A stretch of DNA of 64,000 nucleotides. Source: a virus (lineage: Duplodnaviria > Heunggongvirae > Uroviricota > Caudoviricetes). Location: the IMG/VR virus record IMGVR_UViG_2597490230_000001, positions 25,917 through 89,916 of that record; one strand, 5' to 3'. A model generated the notes under the pieces. That model worked only from the letters and a program-made list of their open reading frames with translations, ran no database searches and was not told where the DNA came from. Positions 46,049-55,027 of this stretch are shown here, piece by piece. Each line of letters opens with the position of its first letter. The first letter of the stretch is position 1. A program made the translations under genes and the position numbers.

Positions 46049-46363
46049 TCATTTCTTTTTCAACCTCAGTGAAACATCAAGAACATAACAAGCGTGATAT
46101 GAAAGAGAAGCAACGGTACGACCCAACTTCTCAGCCATTTTAGTTCTTGACATGCGACCTGCCCAACGACGGACATAAGCCTCTTCTTCTTTTGTCCACA
46201 CCTTTCTGTGGAATGCGATTGAGATTCCATAATTGGAAGCTGTCCGCTTTATAGTTTTAACAGTGACGCCGAAGTGTTCAGCAATAGTTTCTGCTGAAAC
46301 CTTCGTACCCATTTCAGTTAGTTCATCTAACCGTTCATCTGTCCAGAACTTTCTACGACCCAT
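46049..46363 (-). CDS. HTH DNA-binding protein (putative regulator)
   Basis: Two HTH-like segments (VSAETIAEHFGVTVKTIKR; MSRTKMAEKLGRTVASLS). Confidence 0.45.
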   Translation of the reverse strand: MGRRKFWTDERLDELTEMGTKVSAETIAEHFGVTVKTIKRTASNYGISIAFHRKVWTKEEEAYVRRWAGRMSRTKMAEKLGRTVASLSYHACYVLDVSLRLKKK

Positions 46364-46499
46364 TTTAACCTCTAACGATTTAATAAAGGGCTCCGAAGAA
46401 CCCTTGATAAATATTCAGAGAGAGTCTACATCAAAGAACACGAACAAAACGAATGCAAATGCGAACACTGCAATCGTTAAGGCCAAGCCCCAATCCATA

Positions 46500-46721
46500 T
46501 TAACCCTCCCTTTCGACGTTACCGCTCACTTTTACTTTGAAATGCTTCTTCAAAGTTTCAATGGACATGTAAGCCAGTACAACATCGATGAAAGCACCGA
46601 GCACACTGGCATTACGAACATCGTAAATAAACAGGAAAGTCAGAATAACTAAAAACACCATATGTGCATACGGTGTGTTCAGGAAATCTGCAACCTTATT
46701 CAACTTAGCTTTCCAGCTCAA
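46500..46721 (-). CDS. small membrane protein
   Basis: 73 aa with two hydrophobic helices. Confidence 0.45.
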   Translation of the reverse strand: MSWKAKLNKVADFLNTPYAHMVFLVILTFLFIYDVRNASVLGAFIDVVLAYMSIETLKKHFKVKVSGNVEREG

Positions 46722-48388
46722 AAGAGTCCCTTAGCTACGGCTTCTTTTACCGTGCGGTTAACGTATGATTCGATACGCGCCAGCACATCATCACCACTTT
46801 CAGTGAAGATTTCACCGTTGCGGTAAATCGTTACCAGAGCAGTGTCAGCTTCTTCTTCAACAGACGCTTGGTCTTTGAAAGTCCAGTTGCCGTCTGCATC
46901 AACGAAGTGAGCCATTAAGCCTTTGGCAGACTTCTTGGTTCCATCGTCAGTTGCAGGGTCTTTGAAGATTTCACGAGGTTCACCATCAACGATACCCCAT
47001 GTCGCCTTCATCGCCCAACCCAGAGTGTCACGAGTGACATACTGATAGGTGAACGAGCCGATACCCAGCACGACGTTGCTAGAGGCAAAGCCCTTAGCTT
47101 TCAGACGCTGGAAGATTTCCAGTTGGCGAACCAGGGAGATTGAATCGCCGTAAATCAGGCCGATGTGGTCGTCAAGAACTTTGTAGCCCTTGTTGTTGAT
47201 ATGACCACCAAAGGTGTCCCAGAGAACCTGAATAGCACCTTTAACTTCTGCTTCTGACTTTTTAGTCACGCAGAAATAACCGCCATTAAAGTAGGCATAG
47301 GTGAAATACTCTTCACCAATCTGCACTACATACGCACCATCTTCCGGCAGGTCGTTAGCATCATCCATCATCCACTGACGTGCAATGTTCTCGTCTTTGA
47401 AACGAGCCACAACAGTGAAGCCACAGATGATATCTTCCGGAACACCAGAGTCAGGGCGAACAACCAGCTTACCATCACGATTCATGATGATATCTTTGAT
47501 GCTCGGCAGGGTGTTGGTCAGAACAGACCAGAAGTCCCAGGTATCGGATACGACCGACAGGATGCCAGTTGGATACACTTCGGTGAGAAGTCGGACGAAC
47601 GTTTCACGCTCATCATCTTTACCACCCATGCACATCACTGAGTGCTCAGTTGCATTTACCGAGCCACCACGGCCAGCTTCAGTCGGGTAGTGTGCATTGA
47701 AGCGCTCACGGGCAAACACAGAGTCAGTACCGTTGTAAGCCATCATGTGACCAACACCGGTCAGGCTGTTAGCCCACATACCCATGCTGCCACGAGCCGC
47801 GAAGTCGTGACCCTGCCACTGAACGTGCAGGTTGTTGTCGCAGGTCAGTTCCGCGAAGTATTCACTCATCAGACGGAAGCTGAGAGCAGTTGTTGCTGAG
47901 GTTGCAACCGGCCAGAGTTCAGCACTCATCAGAGTTTCCAGATAGTTCGGAATCCAGTAGAAACTGTCGATGGTGTTGATGATAGTGATTGGCGGGCACT
48001 TCACCTGAACAACGTTGCCTTCCGGCACGGCTTTAACATGAATCGGCAGGTAGCCGAGGGCGTGGAGGTCGTAGAACGGCTTCACATCGAAATCAGTACC
48101 GAGGTAACTGTTCACGGAAGCGCGGAACTTCTCAACCACTTCATGAGCGTCCTGGTTAAAGAAGTTGTTCTGGAACTCGTCAACCAGCCATTGCAGCATG
48201 AAGGTCTGAGCACCAACCCAAAGGATGGGTGAACCTTCATCACCACGCAGCGCTTTGAAGAACGGAGATTTCAGGAACTTGTTAGCACGAGGCGTGAAGT
48301 TACTGTAAACGCGGGTAGTACCCTTTGGATACTGAGCGCGGTGGCCGAGTTTATAGCCGTCAATTGCAAAGATAGGACTAATAACCAT
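46718..48388 (-). CDS. nicotinamide phosphoribosyltransferase family protein (NAMPT/NadV-like; possible Namat of the NARP1 NAD-reconstitution pathway)
   Basis: 556 aa, NAPRTase/NAMPT family features (FAIDGYKLGHRAQYP N-terminus); adjacent to a Prs-like gene. Confidence 0.8.
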   Translation of the reverse strand: MVISPIFAIDGYKLGHRAQYPKGTTRVYSNFTPRANKFLKSPFFKALRGDEGSPILWVGAQTFMLQWLVDEFQNNFFNQDAHEVVEKFRASVNSYLGTDFDVKPFYDLHALGYLPIHVKAVPEGNVVQVKCPPITIINTIDSFYWIPNYLETLMSAELWPVATSATTALSFRLMSEYFAELTCDNNLHVQWQGHDFAARGSMGMWANSLTGVGHMMAYNGTDSVFARERFNAHYPTEAGRGGSVNATEHSVMCMGGKDDERETFVRLLTEVYPTGILSVVSDTWDFWSVLTNTLPSIKDIIMNRDGKLVVRPDSGVPEDIICGFTVVARFKDENIARQWMMDDANDLPEDGAYVVQIGEEYFTYAYFNGGYFCVTKKSEAEVKGAIQVLWDTFGGHINNKGYKVLDDHIGLIYGDSISLVRQLEIFQRLKAKGFASSNVVLGIGSFTYQYVTRDTLGWAMKATWGIVDGEPREIFKDPATDDGTKKSAKGLMAHFVDADGNWTFKDQASVEEEADTALVTIYRNGEIFTESGDDVLARIESYVNRTVKEAVAKGLF

Positions 48389-48396
48389 TTAGTGAC

Positions 48397-49281
48397 CTAT
48401 AGATAGTTGAGTGTACGCATAAGATGGTCGCAGTTGTAAATGCGAACCTGCGGGTGGTCTACGTGAGGCTTCTCACAGAAGGCCACAGAATCAGTGGTGT
48501 AGATTTTATCAACACCATTTTGAAGCAGATGGTCGTAACCCTTGCTGAAGATTCCGTGGGTAACTACCAACTCAACCGACTTAGCACCTGCCTTCTTCAA
48601 GGCGGTAGCTGCACCGATAAATGTCATACCACCGTCGCAAATATCATCAAAGATAACGCAACGACGGTCTTCCAGCGATTGCAGAGTGCTATCAACGATA
48701 CGCATACCGACGATTTCGCCAGTCTCTACATTACGCTCTTTGTCCAGAACAACTAGCCCGATGTTCGGGATAACTTTCTGAATGCCGTGAATCTTTTTCA
48801 AAGCACCGGCGTCCGGAGAAACGATAACAATATCGTCACCCGCTGTCAGGCCGTAGTGCCAAGGGTTCACTTGCAGTAAACGATTCTGAGGAATGTTTAC
48901 GCAGTTTTCAATCAAACCTGGGCCAACGTCAGAGTGAGCATCAAACACCAGAACTGAATCGAGTTCAAGTGCATTCAACTGATTGGCGTACACCTTTAAG
49001 GTAAACGCATCGTTGGTGACCATTCGGCGGTCTTGCCGTGCATACGGCAGGTAAGGCATAAACAGTGTGATACGAATACGCGGGTTAATCCAGCGAAGCA
49101 CACTGACTACGCAAGCGACCTCAAAGAATTGATTCTGAGGGTCAGTATCCGCTGTTACACGGATAATGGCACTTTCAACATGGCGAGGGAGAACCCCAGA
49201 CAGTTTTAAGCGCAAAGCACCGTCACTGAATTTACCAGTGTCGATTGCCACATCGAGAGCATTAACCGAAAGATTAATCAT
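48397..49281 (-). CDS. ribose-phosphate pyrophosphokinase family protein (Prs-like; possible ADPR-PP synthetase Adps)
   Basis: 294 aa PRTase-type fold with FDAHS and IVIVSPDAG motifs. Confidence 0.75.
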   Translation of the reverse strand: MINLSVNALDVAIDTGKFSDGALRLKLSGVLPRHVESAIIRVTADTDPQNQFFEVACVVSVLRWINPRIRITLFMPYLPYARQDRRMVTNDAFTLKVYANQLNALELDSVLVFDAHSDVGPGLIENCVNIPQNRLLQVNPWHYGLTAGDDIVIVSPDAGALKKIHGIQKVIPNIGLVVLDKERNVETGEIVGMRIVDSTLQSLEDRRCVIFDDICDGGMTFIGAATALKKAGAKSVELVVTHGIFSKGYDHLLQNGVDKIYTTDSVAFCEKPHVDHPQVRIYNCDHLMRTLNYL

Positions 49282-49340
49282 GTTGCCTCTTTGTTGTTGG
49301 GGTGGTAACCACTCTACCAGCCTGGCCTAAAAACACGGGA

Positions 49341-49610
49341 ACAGAAAATCCACATAAAAGGTTTACTCCAGGATTTTAAGAGCCATACAAGCTATCGCTT
49401 GAGAGACGCCATCGGGGCGTCTGTATGAGTCTTATTCAACTAATTCTTGAAACGGGTCACTAGACCTCACTGATTCTTGACCACTGAGTCTTGAGTCTTA
49501 CTCCGGTGCTGTTTTACGGCTGCCCGGTAAGCCCCTAGGTTTCAATTAGCAGTTGAATGCCCCTATCGCTGAGGCTTGCGTTCTGTTTTAGTTTTAACGG
49601 CAGGTGATTA
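49341..49610 (+). ncRNA. candidate non-coding RNA in a 340-bp ORF-free gap, preceded by a plus-oriented variant of the promoter-like motif
   Basis: ACAGAAAATCCACATAAAAGG at 49341-49361; perfect hairpin agacgcc-atcg-gggcgtct at 49404-49422; tgagtctt direct repeats; T-rich end. Confidence 0.25.
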
Positions 49611-49620
49611 CCGAGTTTGT

Positions 49621-50262
49621 TTACGCCGCTGGGACTTCGATTTTAGTCGCAGCGTTTGTTTCGTTCAGAGCAATATCAACTTCCTGCTCGAACTCTTCGA
49701 TACCGGACATCTCTTTGGTAATGAAGGCTTGCAGGTCAACAGGCGCAACAATCGAAGGAGTACCACGCTTACGCATGTCTGCAATCGTGTTTTTCACCAG
49801 TTCTTCGTTGCCGTTATCAGCCTGCTCTTTCGAGTAAGCGTCAATACGGTTCTGTAACTCGGTTGTCTTTGTACCGACCGTCGCCGATACTGAACGGAGC
49901 TGCATCTGAAGACGAAGCAGGAACGCTTTACGACTTACGACGAATTTCTTCATCTCAATCGCTTCTGCCAGCGTGTAGTTTTTGCCACCAATCGTCACAG
50001 TAGTTTCGGCATTAGCCTTAACCAGAGCGCGTTTGATAAGCTCACGACGCTGAATCAAACCTTGAAGTGAGTCGAAGTTTGACTTCAACGCAACTTTCAG
50101 GGATTCAACATCTTTGAAAGTGTTATCGTTTGGCTTAGCCACTTCGGCTTCACCGAGGACAACACTAACAACTGGTTGAGCAGCCGCACGTTCAATGCGA
50201 CCACCCAGTGATTTTAATTCTACCAACGCACGAGCGATGGAGATTTTATTCGTTTCCGACAT
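49621..50262 (-). CDS. hypothetical protein
   Basis: 213 aa ORF. Confidence 0.55.
   Translation of the reverse strand: MSETNKISIARALVELKSLGGRIERAAAQPVVSVVLGEAEVAKPNDNTFKDVESLKVALKSNFDSLQGLIQRRELIKRALVKANAETTVTIGGKNYTLAEAIEMKKFVVSRKAFLLRLQMQLRSVSATVGTKTTELQNRIDAYSKEQADNGNEELVKNTIADMRKRGTPSIVAPVDLQAFITKEMSGIEEFEQEVDIALNETNAATKIEVPAA
49992..50004 (-). repeat. copy of co-oriented 13-bp motif (ACTACTGTGACGA)
   Basis: Plus strand tcgtcacagtagt. Confidence 0.6.
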
Positions 50263-50967
50263 TTAGGAAGCCTCTTTCTTTTTGAAGTTACGGTGCTCCA
50301 TGTCCAGGCCTTCGATTTCACCCATAATGCGGTACACGCTGTTAAGGGTTTCAACGAACCAGACTTGAGCTATGGAGTAGATTTTAACCACACTGCTCGT
50401 GTGAATCCACGTTGCATCACGGAATGGATGATTGCCTGTTGTTTTCTTATCATCCCAGATATTACCCCAAACAATCGCACGTGATTTGTCGTGGTTATAT
50501 TGAATGATTGAGTGTGACAGACGAGCTTCGAAGAACTGTTGCTTGACCGGCTTAATCAATCCGGTAAGCAGTGGATTTTCATCAGCAGTAAAGGATGCAA
50601 ACGCTTCACGCTCGTAAAGGACTTTGAAGTCACGAGCGAACTGCTGAAGACGTTTAGGGTTAAGACGAAGAACTGCTTTCTGGAAGCCACGTAACTGTTG
50701 CGGGTGCATCAGTTGCATAGAACCATCCAGACCAACACGACTACCAACTGAAGTCGCCATGCAGAGATATTCAGCACGGCCACACCATACATACAACAAC
50801 TGACTGATTTCATGTTCAGTGAAGTCAGTGTACTTAACCAGTTCTTGAGTAGTTCCGATTGCCAAAGGCTCAGGGAACTTCTTGTTGAAAAGATGTGGAT
50901 ACTTTTCAATCAGCTCTGGCATACGGCGTTTGTAGAAATCATATTGAACAGGGGAAACAGGACGCAT
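50263..50967 (-). CDS. ProQ/FinO-domain RNA-binding protein
   Basis: LIEKYPHLF...PLAIGT...LLYVW...YL...G..RVGLDGS matches the ProQ/FinO N-terminal domain pattern. Confidence 0.55.
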   Translation of the reverse strand: MRPVSPVQYDFYKRRMPELIEKYPHLFNKKFPEPLAIGTTQELVKYTDFTEHEISQLLYVWCGRAEYLCMATSVGSRVGLDGSMQLMHPQQLRGFQKAVLRLNPKRLQQFARDFKVLYEREAFASFTADENPLLTGLIKPVKQQFFEARLSHSIIQYNHDKSRAIVWGNIWDDKKTTGNHPFRDATWIHTSSVVKIYSIAQVWFVETLNSVYRIMGEIEGLDMEHRNFKKKEAS

Positions 50968-51200
50968 CTTAACCTCTCTATATTAGTTGAGATATAACTA
51001 ATAAAGCCCACTTATCAACCACCCCTCTAAGAAGGGAAGCTGTAAATGGGCTTGATAGTTACATCAGGTCTTTAATCTTACCCACTGCCAACTGCACAGC
51101 AGATACAAACAAGGCAATCAGAATCACTCCGATGCCACCTTTAATTGCAACCACTACACAATCAACAATGAAGTTAGACATTAAGCACCTATGTTATCGA

Positions 51201-52043
51201 TTATTTGGAACGACTGTCGAAGATGGTAGAGCCAGCGTAGCCAGCACCCATAACAGTGTTCGGAACGCCACCCTGGTATTTATCAGCAATGGTCTGCTGA
51301 ACATCCAGTTCTTTCCAGCGAATCATCTCAGGTGTGATGGTCTGCTGAAGGGCGCGGTTAGCTTCTGCTTCTTTCTTAGCTGCGTACAGCTTAGCATCAG
51401 CATCACGTTCGTTAGCCTGAGCGGCGTTAGCACGAGACTCTTTTGCTGCCACAGAAGTAACAACTTGCTGTTGAGCAATCTGTTCTTTCTTAGCCAGTTC
51501 AGCTTTCTCTGCGTTCACCTCTTCTTCACGAATCTTGGTGTTGGTCACCTGAGTCATGATAACTTCCGGCAGGGTGATATCCTGCAAGAAGATCTCCTTA
51601 ACGGTATAACCGTAAGGACGGGCGTACGCTTCGATTTCTGCTTTCACAGAATCCTGCAACTGAGCCTGGATTTCAGCGTTGAAAAGGTCTTGCGCCTTGG
51701 GCACAGACTTACCGAACTCACGGACAGTAGAGAGCAATTTCTGCTCTACGTACTTATCCAGAGCCTGCTCCTGAGTACCAGCGTTGATGCGGTTCATTGG
51801 CGCTTTAGAGCCATCAAACTGCAACATGACAGTCATATCCACAGTGGATTTGAACTTGTCCTGGCTAGGAACCTGGAGCTTGTCGTATGAGATTTTAATA
51901 TCCTTCGTGGAGAAGGTATCAAAACTTGCAAACGGGTTCACGATGTGGAAGCCCGGCTTGACAGGTGCAGTGGCGACTTTACCAGAAGGTCTGAGTCTTA
52001 ACCGTACCGTCTTGCACAACGGTGTAGGAGTTGAGGCCAACAA
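51201..52043 (-). CDS. SPFH/band-7 (prohibitin/HflK-like) domain protein; N-terminal TM segment lies in another frame (52120..51980)
   Basis: GYTVKEIFLQDITLPEVI SPFH signature; upstream ORF MSREQDLFKKFKKWGLGGLVAVVALIVGLNSYTVVQDGTV... stops after a frame change. Confidence 0.6.
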   Translation of the reverse strand: MLASTPTPLCKTVRLRLRPSGKVATAPVKPGFHIVNPFASFDTFSTKDIKISYDKLQVPSQDKFKSTVDMTVMLQFDGSKAPMNRINAGTQEQALDKYVEQKLLSTVREFGKSVPKAQDLFNAEIQAQLQDSVKAEIEAYARPYGYTVKEIFLQDITLPEVIMTQVTNTKIREEEVNAEKAELAKKEQIAQQQVVTSVAAKESRANAAQANERDADAKLYAAKKEAEANRALQQTITPEMIRWKELDVQQTIADKYQGGVPNTVMGAGYAGSTIFDSRSK

Positions 52044-52169
52044 TCAGTGCAACGACTGCAACCAGACCACCTAAACCCCACTTCTTAAACTTCTTGAACA
52101 AGTCTTGCTCACGAGACATGGATTAACCTTATCAGTTAGTTGTTGAAACCGGAGCCAACATGACCCCGA

Positions 52170-52196
52170 ACAAACCCTCTCGTAAGAGGGCTTGCG
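52170..52196 (-). terminator. hairpin terminator (ccctc-ttacg-agaggg then T-rich)
   Basis: Downstream of the P-loop gene on the minus strand. Confidence 0.45.
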
Positions 52197-52204
52197 CAGA
52201 GCAC

Positions 52205-53437
52205 TTAGCTGAACAGGCGTTCCAGCATGTCTTTCTCAGTCTTCGCCTTCATCGGCTCGATTGTTACAGTGAACAATTTGCCGTCAATCTGGCGTTCGAA
52301 GCGAGCACCTTTGGTAGTGCTGAAGGTGTCGGTCGCCGTGTCCAGACGCAGGTAGGCTTTGAATGGGGTTTCAAAATCTTCCAGGTCTTCTTCGGTCGGT
52401 TCACGCTCTTTGGAGATTTCCACCAGTTCGCGGTTGTAGTGATAGCAGTTGGATTTGCCCATCGCGCTGATGAAGGTCGCCATGTCTTTCCAGTTATCGA
52501 GTTCGAACCCGATATTGAACAGGTGGCTGCCTTCATGTACAGCGACCAGGTCAACCATAACGTGAGCGTCGTGAACTTTCAGCTCTTCGTCACCCCAGGT
52601 AACTTTGGTGGTGCGGCAGTGCATACGGGTCGCTTCACCCAGCGTCACGTTCATGTCCAGAATCAGGTCAACGAAGTTGGCGTCAGGGTAACGGTTGAGT
52701 TCTTCAACCACAGACTGCAACACGTCGAAGGACATGTCAGTGCTGATACCCCAGAACACGCGGATTTTCGGCAGGAAGTCTTTGTTGACCAGCACGTCGT
52801 TACAGTAGCCAATCAGAACTTCTTCTTCCAGCTTGACGTAACGCCAGTGATAGAAGAAACGGCTTGGACGAGACAGCAGGAATTCACTGACCTGGCCATC
52901 GTTGGTAGTCGCCAGGAACAGCTTGTTGTTAACGCCAGTGCCGTCCAGCAGGGACAGGAGGCCGTTCTGTTTGTCGTGGTCGTTGTATTTCTTCTCGAAC
53001 TCGTCGATGAATACGACAACCGGCTGAGTGATGGAGTTCATGAACTGGTTGAACTCAGTACCCATGTACGCTTCTTCAATCAGAAGAACAGGTTTGTCTT
53101 CTTCAAGCGCCAGAGCGCAGATGGTACGGGACAGCAGGGTTTTGCCAGAGCCTTTGTTACCAGACAGCAGTACGCCGGTGTTCTTGTCCGTGCGGCTGTT
53201 GAAGGTGTTCAGCACTTTACGAGCACGAGGCTCAACAGTACCGTACAGCTTCTCAGGCAGAGTCATGTCAGCCTGACGACGCAGGAAGAAACCGCCAGCC
53301 ATAGGGTTGTAATCAACCACATAGACGCCGGTTGGGATAGCAGGAATCTCATCACCACGGTCAGACGCAGTGAATACATTCTTGCCACGGGCTACAAAAT
53401 GTTGCTGTTCCATGTTACTTCCTCTTTTTGTTTGCAT
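52205..53437 (-). CDS. P-loop NTPase (AAA-like ATPase or kinase)
   Basis: Walker A GNKGSGKT and Walker B VVFIDEFE. Confidence 0.65.
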   Translation of the reverse strand: MQTKRGSNMEQQHFVARGKNVFTASDRGDEIPAIPTGVYVVDYNPMAGGFFLRRQADMTLPEKLYGTVEPRARKVLNTFNSRTDKNTGVLLSGNKGSGKTLLSRTICALALEEDKPVLLIEEAYMGTEFNQFMNSITQPVVVFIDEFEKKYNDHDKQNGLLSLLDGTGVNNKLFLATTNDGQVSEFLLSRPSRFFYHWRYVKLEEEVLIGYCNDVLVNKDFLPKIRVFWGISTDMSFDVLQSVVEELNRYPDANFVDLILDMNVTLGEATRMHCRTTKVTWGDEELKVHDAHVMVDLVAVHEGSHLFNIGFELDNWKDMATFISAMGKSNCYHYNRELVEISKEREPTEEDLEDFETPFKAYLRLDTATDTFSTTKGARFERQIDGKLFTVTIEPMKAKTEKDMLERLFS

Positions 53438-53482
53438 TACAGTAAAAGTGAATAAGCCCTCTCGAAAGAAGGCTTAAGCAAA

Positions 53483-53671
53483 TTACTGGCCGTTTGTACG
53501 GATTACCAGTGTGCTATCACGTTCTGCCATTTGCAGAGTTTCAACCAATGCAATTGCTGCATTGAGACCTTCCATAGCGAGCCGGTAGCCTTTCTCATAA
53601 GTGGTGGCGGATTGGGCTCCATCACGCTGAGATTTCAGGTGATATAGGGTGGATGGGTTAATGATTGACAC
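53483..53671 (-). CDS. hypothetical protein
   Basis: 62 aa ORF. Confidence 0.4.
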   Translation of the reverse strand: MSIINPSTLYHLKSQRDGAQSATTYEKGYRLAMEGLNAAIALVETLQMAERDSTLVIRTNGQ

Positions 53672-53674
53672 TAA

Positions 53675-53893
53675 CTACCTCACTGAATTATTGATTTCGT
53701 CTACACGGTCACGATGGGTAAGGAAACTTTCTTTAGCTTTATACCAGCTTTCAGTTCCATAATTCCAAATGCCGTAGAATTTTAGAAGATTTCGATAATA
53801 CACCATTTCACGACGGTGAATGACGTATGCCTCACCCATGCTAATAGTGTTACGTTTTATCAACATCCCCTTTGTTTGCCATAAGGTAGTCAT
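53675..53893 (-). CDS. hypothetical protein
   Basis: 72 aa ORF. Confidence 0.4.
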   Translation of the reverse strand: MTTLWQTKGMLIKRNTISMGEAYVIHRREMVYYRNLLKFYGIWNYGTESWYKAKESFLTHRDRVDEINNSVR

Positions 53894-53974
53894 GACTTTC
53901 TACCACAATAACCTTCGACAAATATCCAGATTACAGCACCAACAGCAAGTAGTGCGTAATCAATCCACCAGTAG

Positions 53975-54208
53975 TCAGACATAATAGTGGAACTCCTTGT
54001 TGTGGAAGATAAACTTCTTACCAAGCAAAGTGCCCACTAAGACGGGAGACGTCACAGTAGTTTTAACTTCCAGAACAACCATTGATTCATTTTCAATCTT
54101 CAGTGGCTTGCTCTTCTTTTGCTTCTTTGTCATTGACTGGCTCCGGTAAACAACGTGGGTTGGATTTTGGGAACCAGTGAATGCGACCATCAGATTGGCG
54201 AATGCCAA
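53975..54208 (-). CDS. hypothetical protein
   Basis: 77 aa ORF. Confidence 0.4.
   Translation of the reverse strand: MAFANLMVAFTGSQNPTHVVYRSQSMTKKQKKSKPLKIENESMVVLEVKTTVTSPVLVGTLLGKKFIFHNKEFHYYV
54049..54061 (-). repeat. copy of co-oriented 13-bp motif (ACTACTGTGACGT)
   Basis: Plus strand acgtcacagtagt. Confidence 0.6.
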
Positions 54209-54219
54209 ATCCAGGCAGG

Positions 54220-54639
54220 TTAATCACCTGTTCCAGGTTTGCTGACACCATTGAAACGACCTCGCTTCATAACTCTCGCCTGTTCTGCGAGACGATGTGC
54301 CCTACCTGCTTCTGCTGCTTGTCGTTGTGACTCTTTAACCACACGCAAGGCTTCCTGCTGTAACTTGTTATTCATTCGACGCTGAAGAACCATAATGCAC
54401 TTCTTCAGAATCGCAATCTTAACAGCGTCAGGAATCTTATTGAGTCGCAGGAATTTATCAACGAAAGACTTGGCGTTGTTATATTCTTTACGAACAAAGA
54501 CAACGTTGCTTTCCGTGTAATCCAACAATGGGTCAAGACGTTCAAATGTAACGTCATGCACATCGCTGAATTCTTCGCCTGAGTAGTAGCAAGTTCCATC
54601 ACCTTTTCGGAACAGCTTAACCATCTTCTCAAGGCTCAT
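54220..54639 (-). CDS. HNH-like endonuclease (putative)
   Basis: CYYSGEEF...ERLDP...SNVVFV pattern; start trimmed to an internal Met. Confidence 0.35.
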   Translation of the reverse strand: MSLEKMVKLFRKGDGTCYYSGEEFSDVHDVTFERLDPLLDYTESNVVFVRKEYNNAKSFVDKFLRLNKIPDAVKIAILKKCIMVLQRRMNNKLQQEALRVVKESQRQAAEAGRAHRLAEQARVMKRGRFNGVSKPGTGD

Positions 54640-54712
54640 TTTAACCTTTGGCTCATTGCTTGCACCACGGTCGCAGTTAGCGTATTTGGTGGCAATCAAC
54701 CGGCTGATAGCA

Positions 54713-55027
54713 CTATCGGTCAAAGTCGAGTACAACACTCCCTTTCTCCTCAATCTCAGCCATAACTTTGTTGTACTCTCGAACAGTTCGAACAAGAGCA
54801 GCTTTTGGATTGCTCTGCATTGCTATACCAACAATAACACCCTGTACTTGAATATCAGTACACCAAGTGTTAGTGATTGCAGCAGCACAACCTACTAATT
54901 TCTGTTTGGTACGAGCCTTACGCTTCTCAATTTTGGCAATACGCTCTTCTAATAAAAGAGTCATAATCATTGCCTCAAGAGCGTCCTCATACATCTCTAA
55001 CTTTTTGTCAGGGACAATCATTCGCAT
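54713..55027 (-). CDS. hypothetical protein
   Basis: 104 aa ORF. Confidence 0.45.
   Translation of the reverse strand: MRMIVPDKKLEMYEDALEAMIMTLLLEERIAKIEKRKARTKQKLVGCAAAITNTWCTDIQVQGVIVGIAMQSNPKAALVRTVREYNKVMAEIEEKGSVVLDFDR

Noticed and set aside
51132-53455. Long + strand ORFs (51132..51890, 52160..53455 and similar ones at 37208..37720, 27973..28425, 62216..62770)
   Set aside because: They lie antisense to long minus-strand genes that have clear domain signatures (SPFH, P-loop ATPase, Gn-AT, primase-helicase). Their composition is low-complexity, typical of antisense artefacts.
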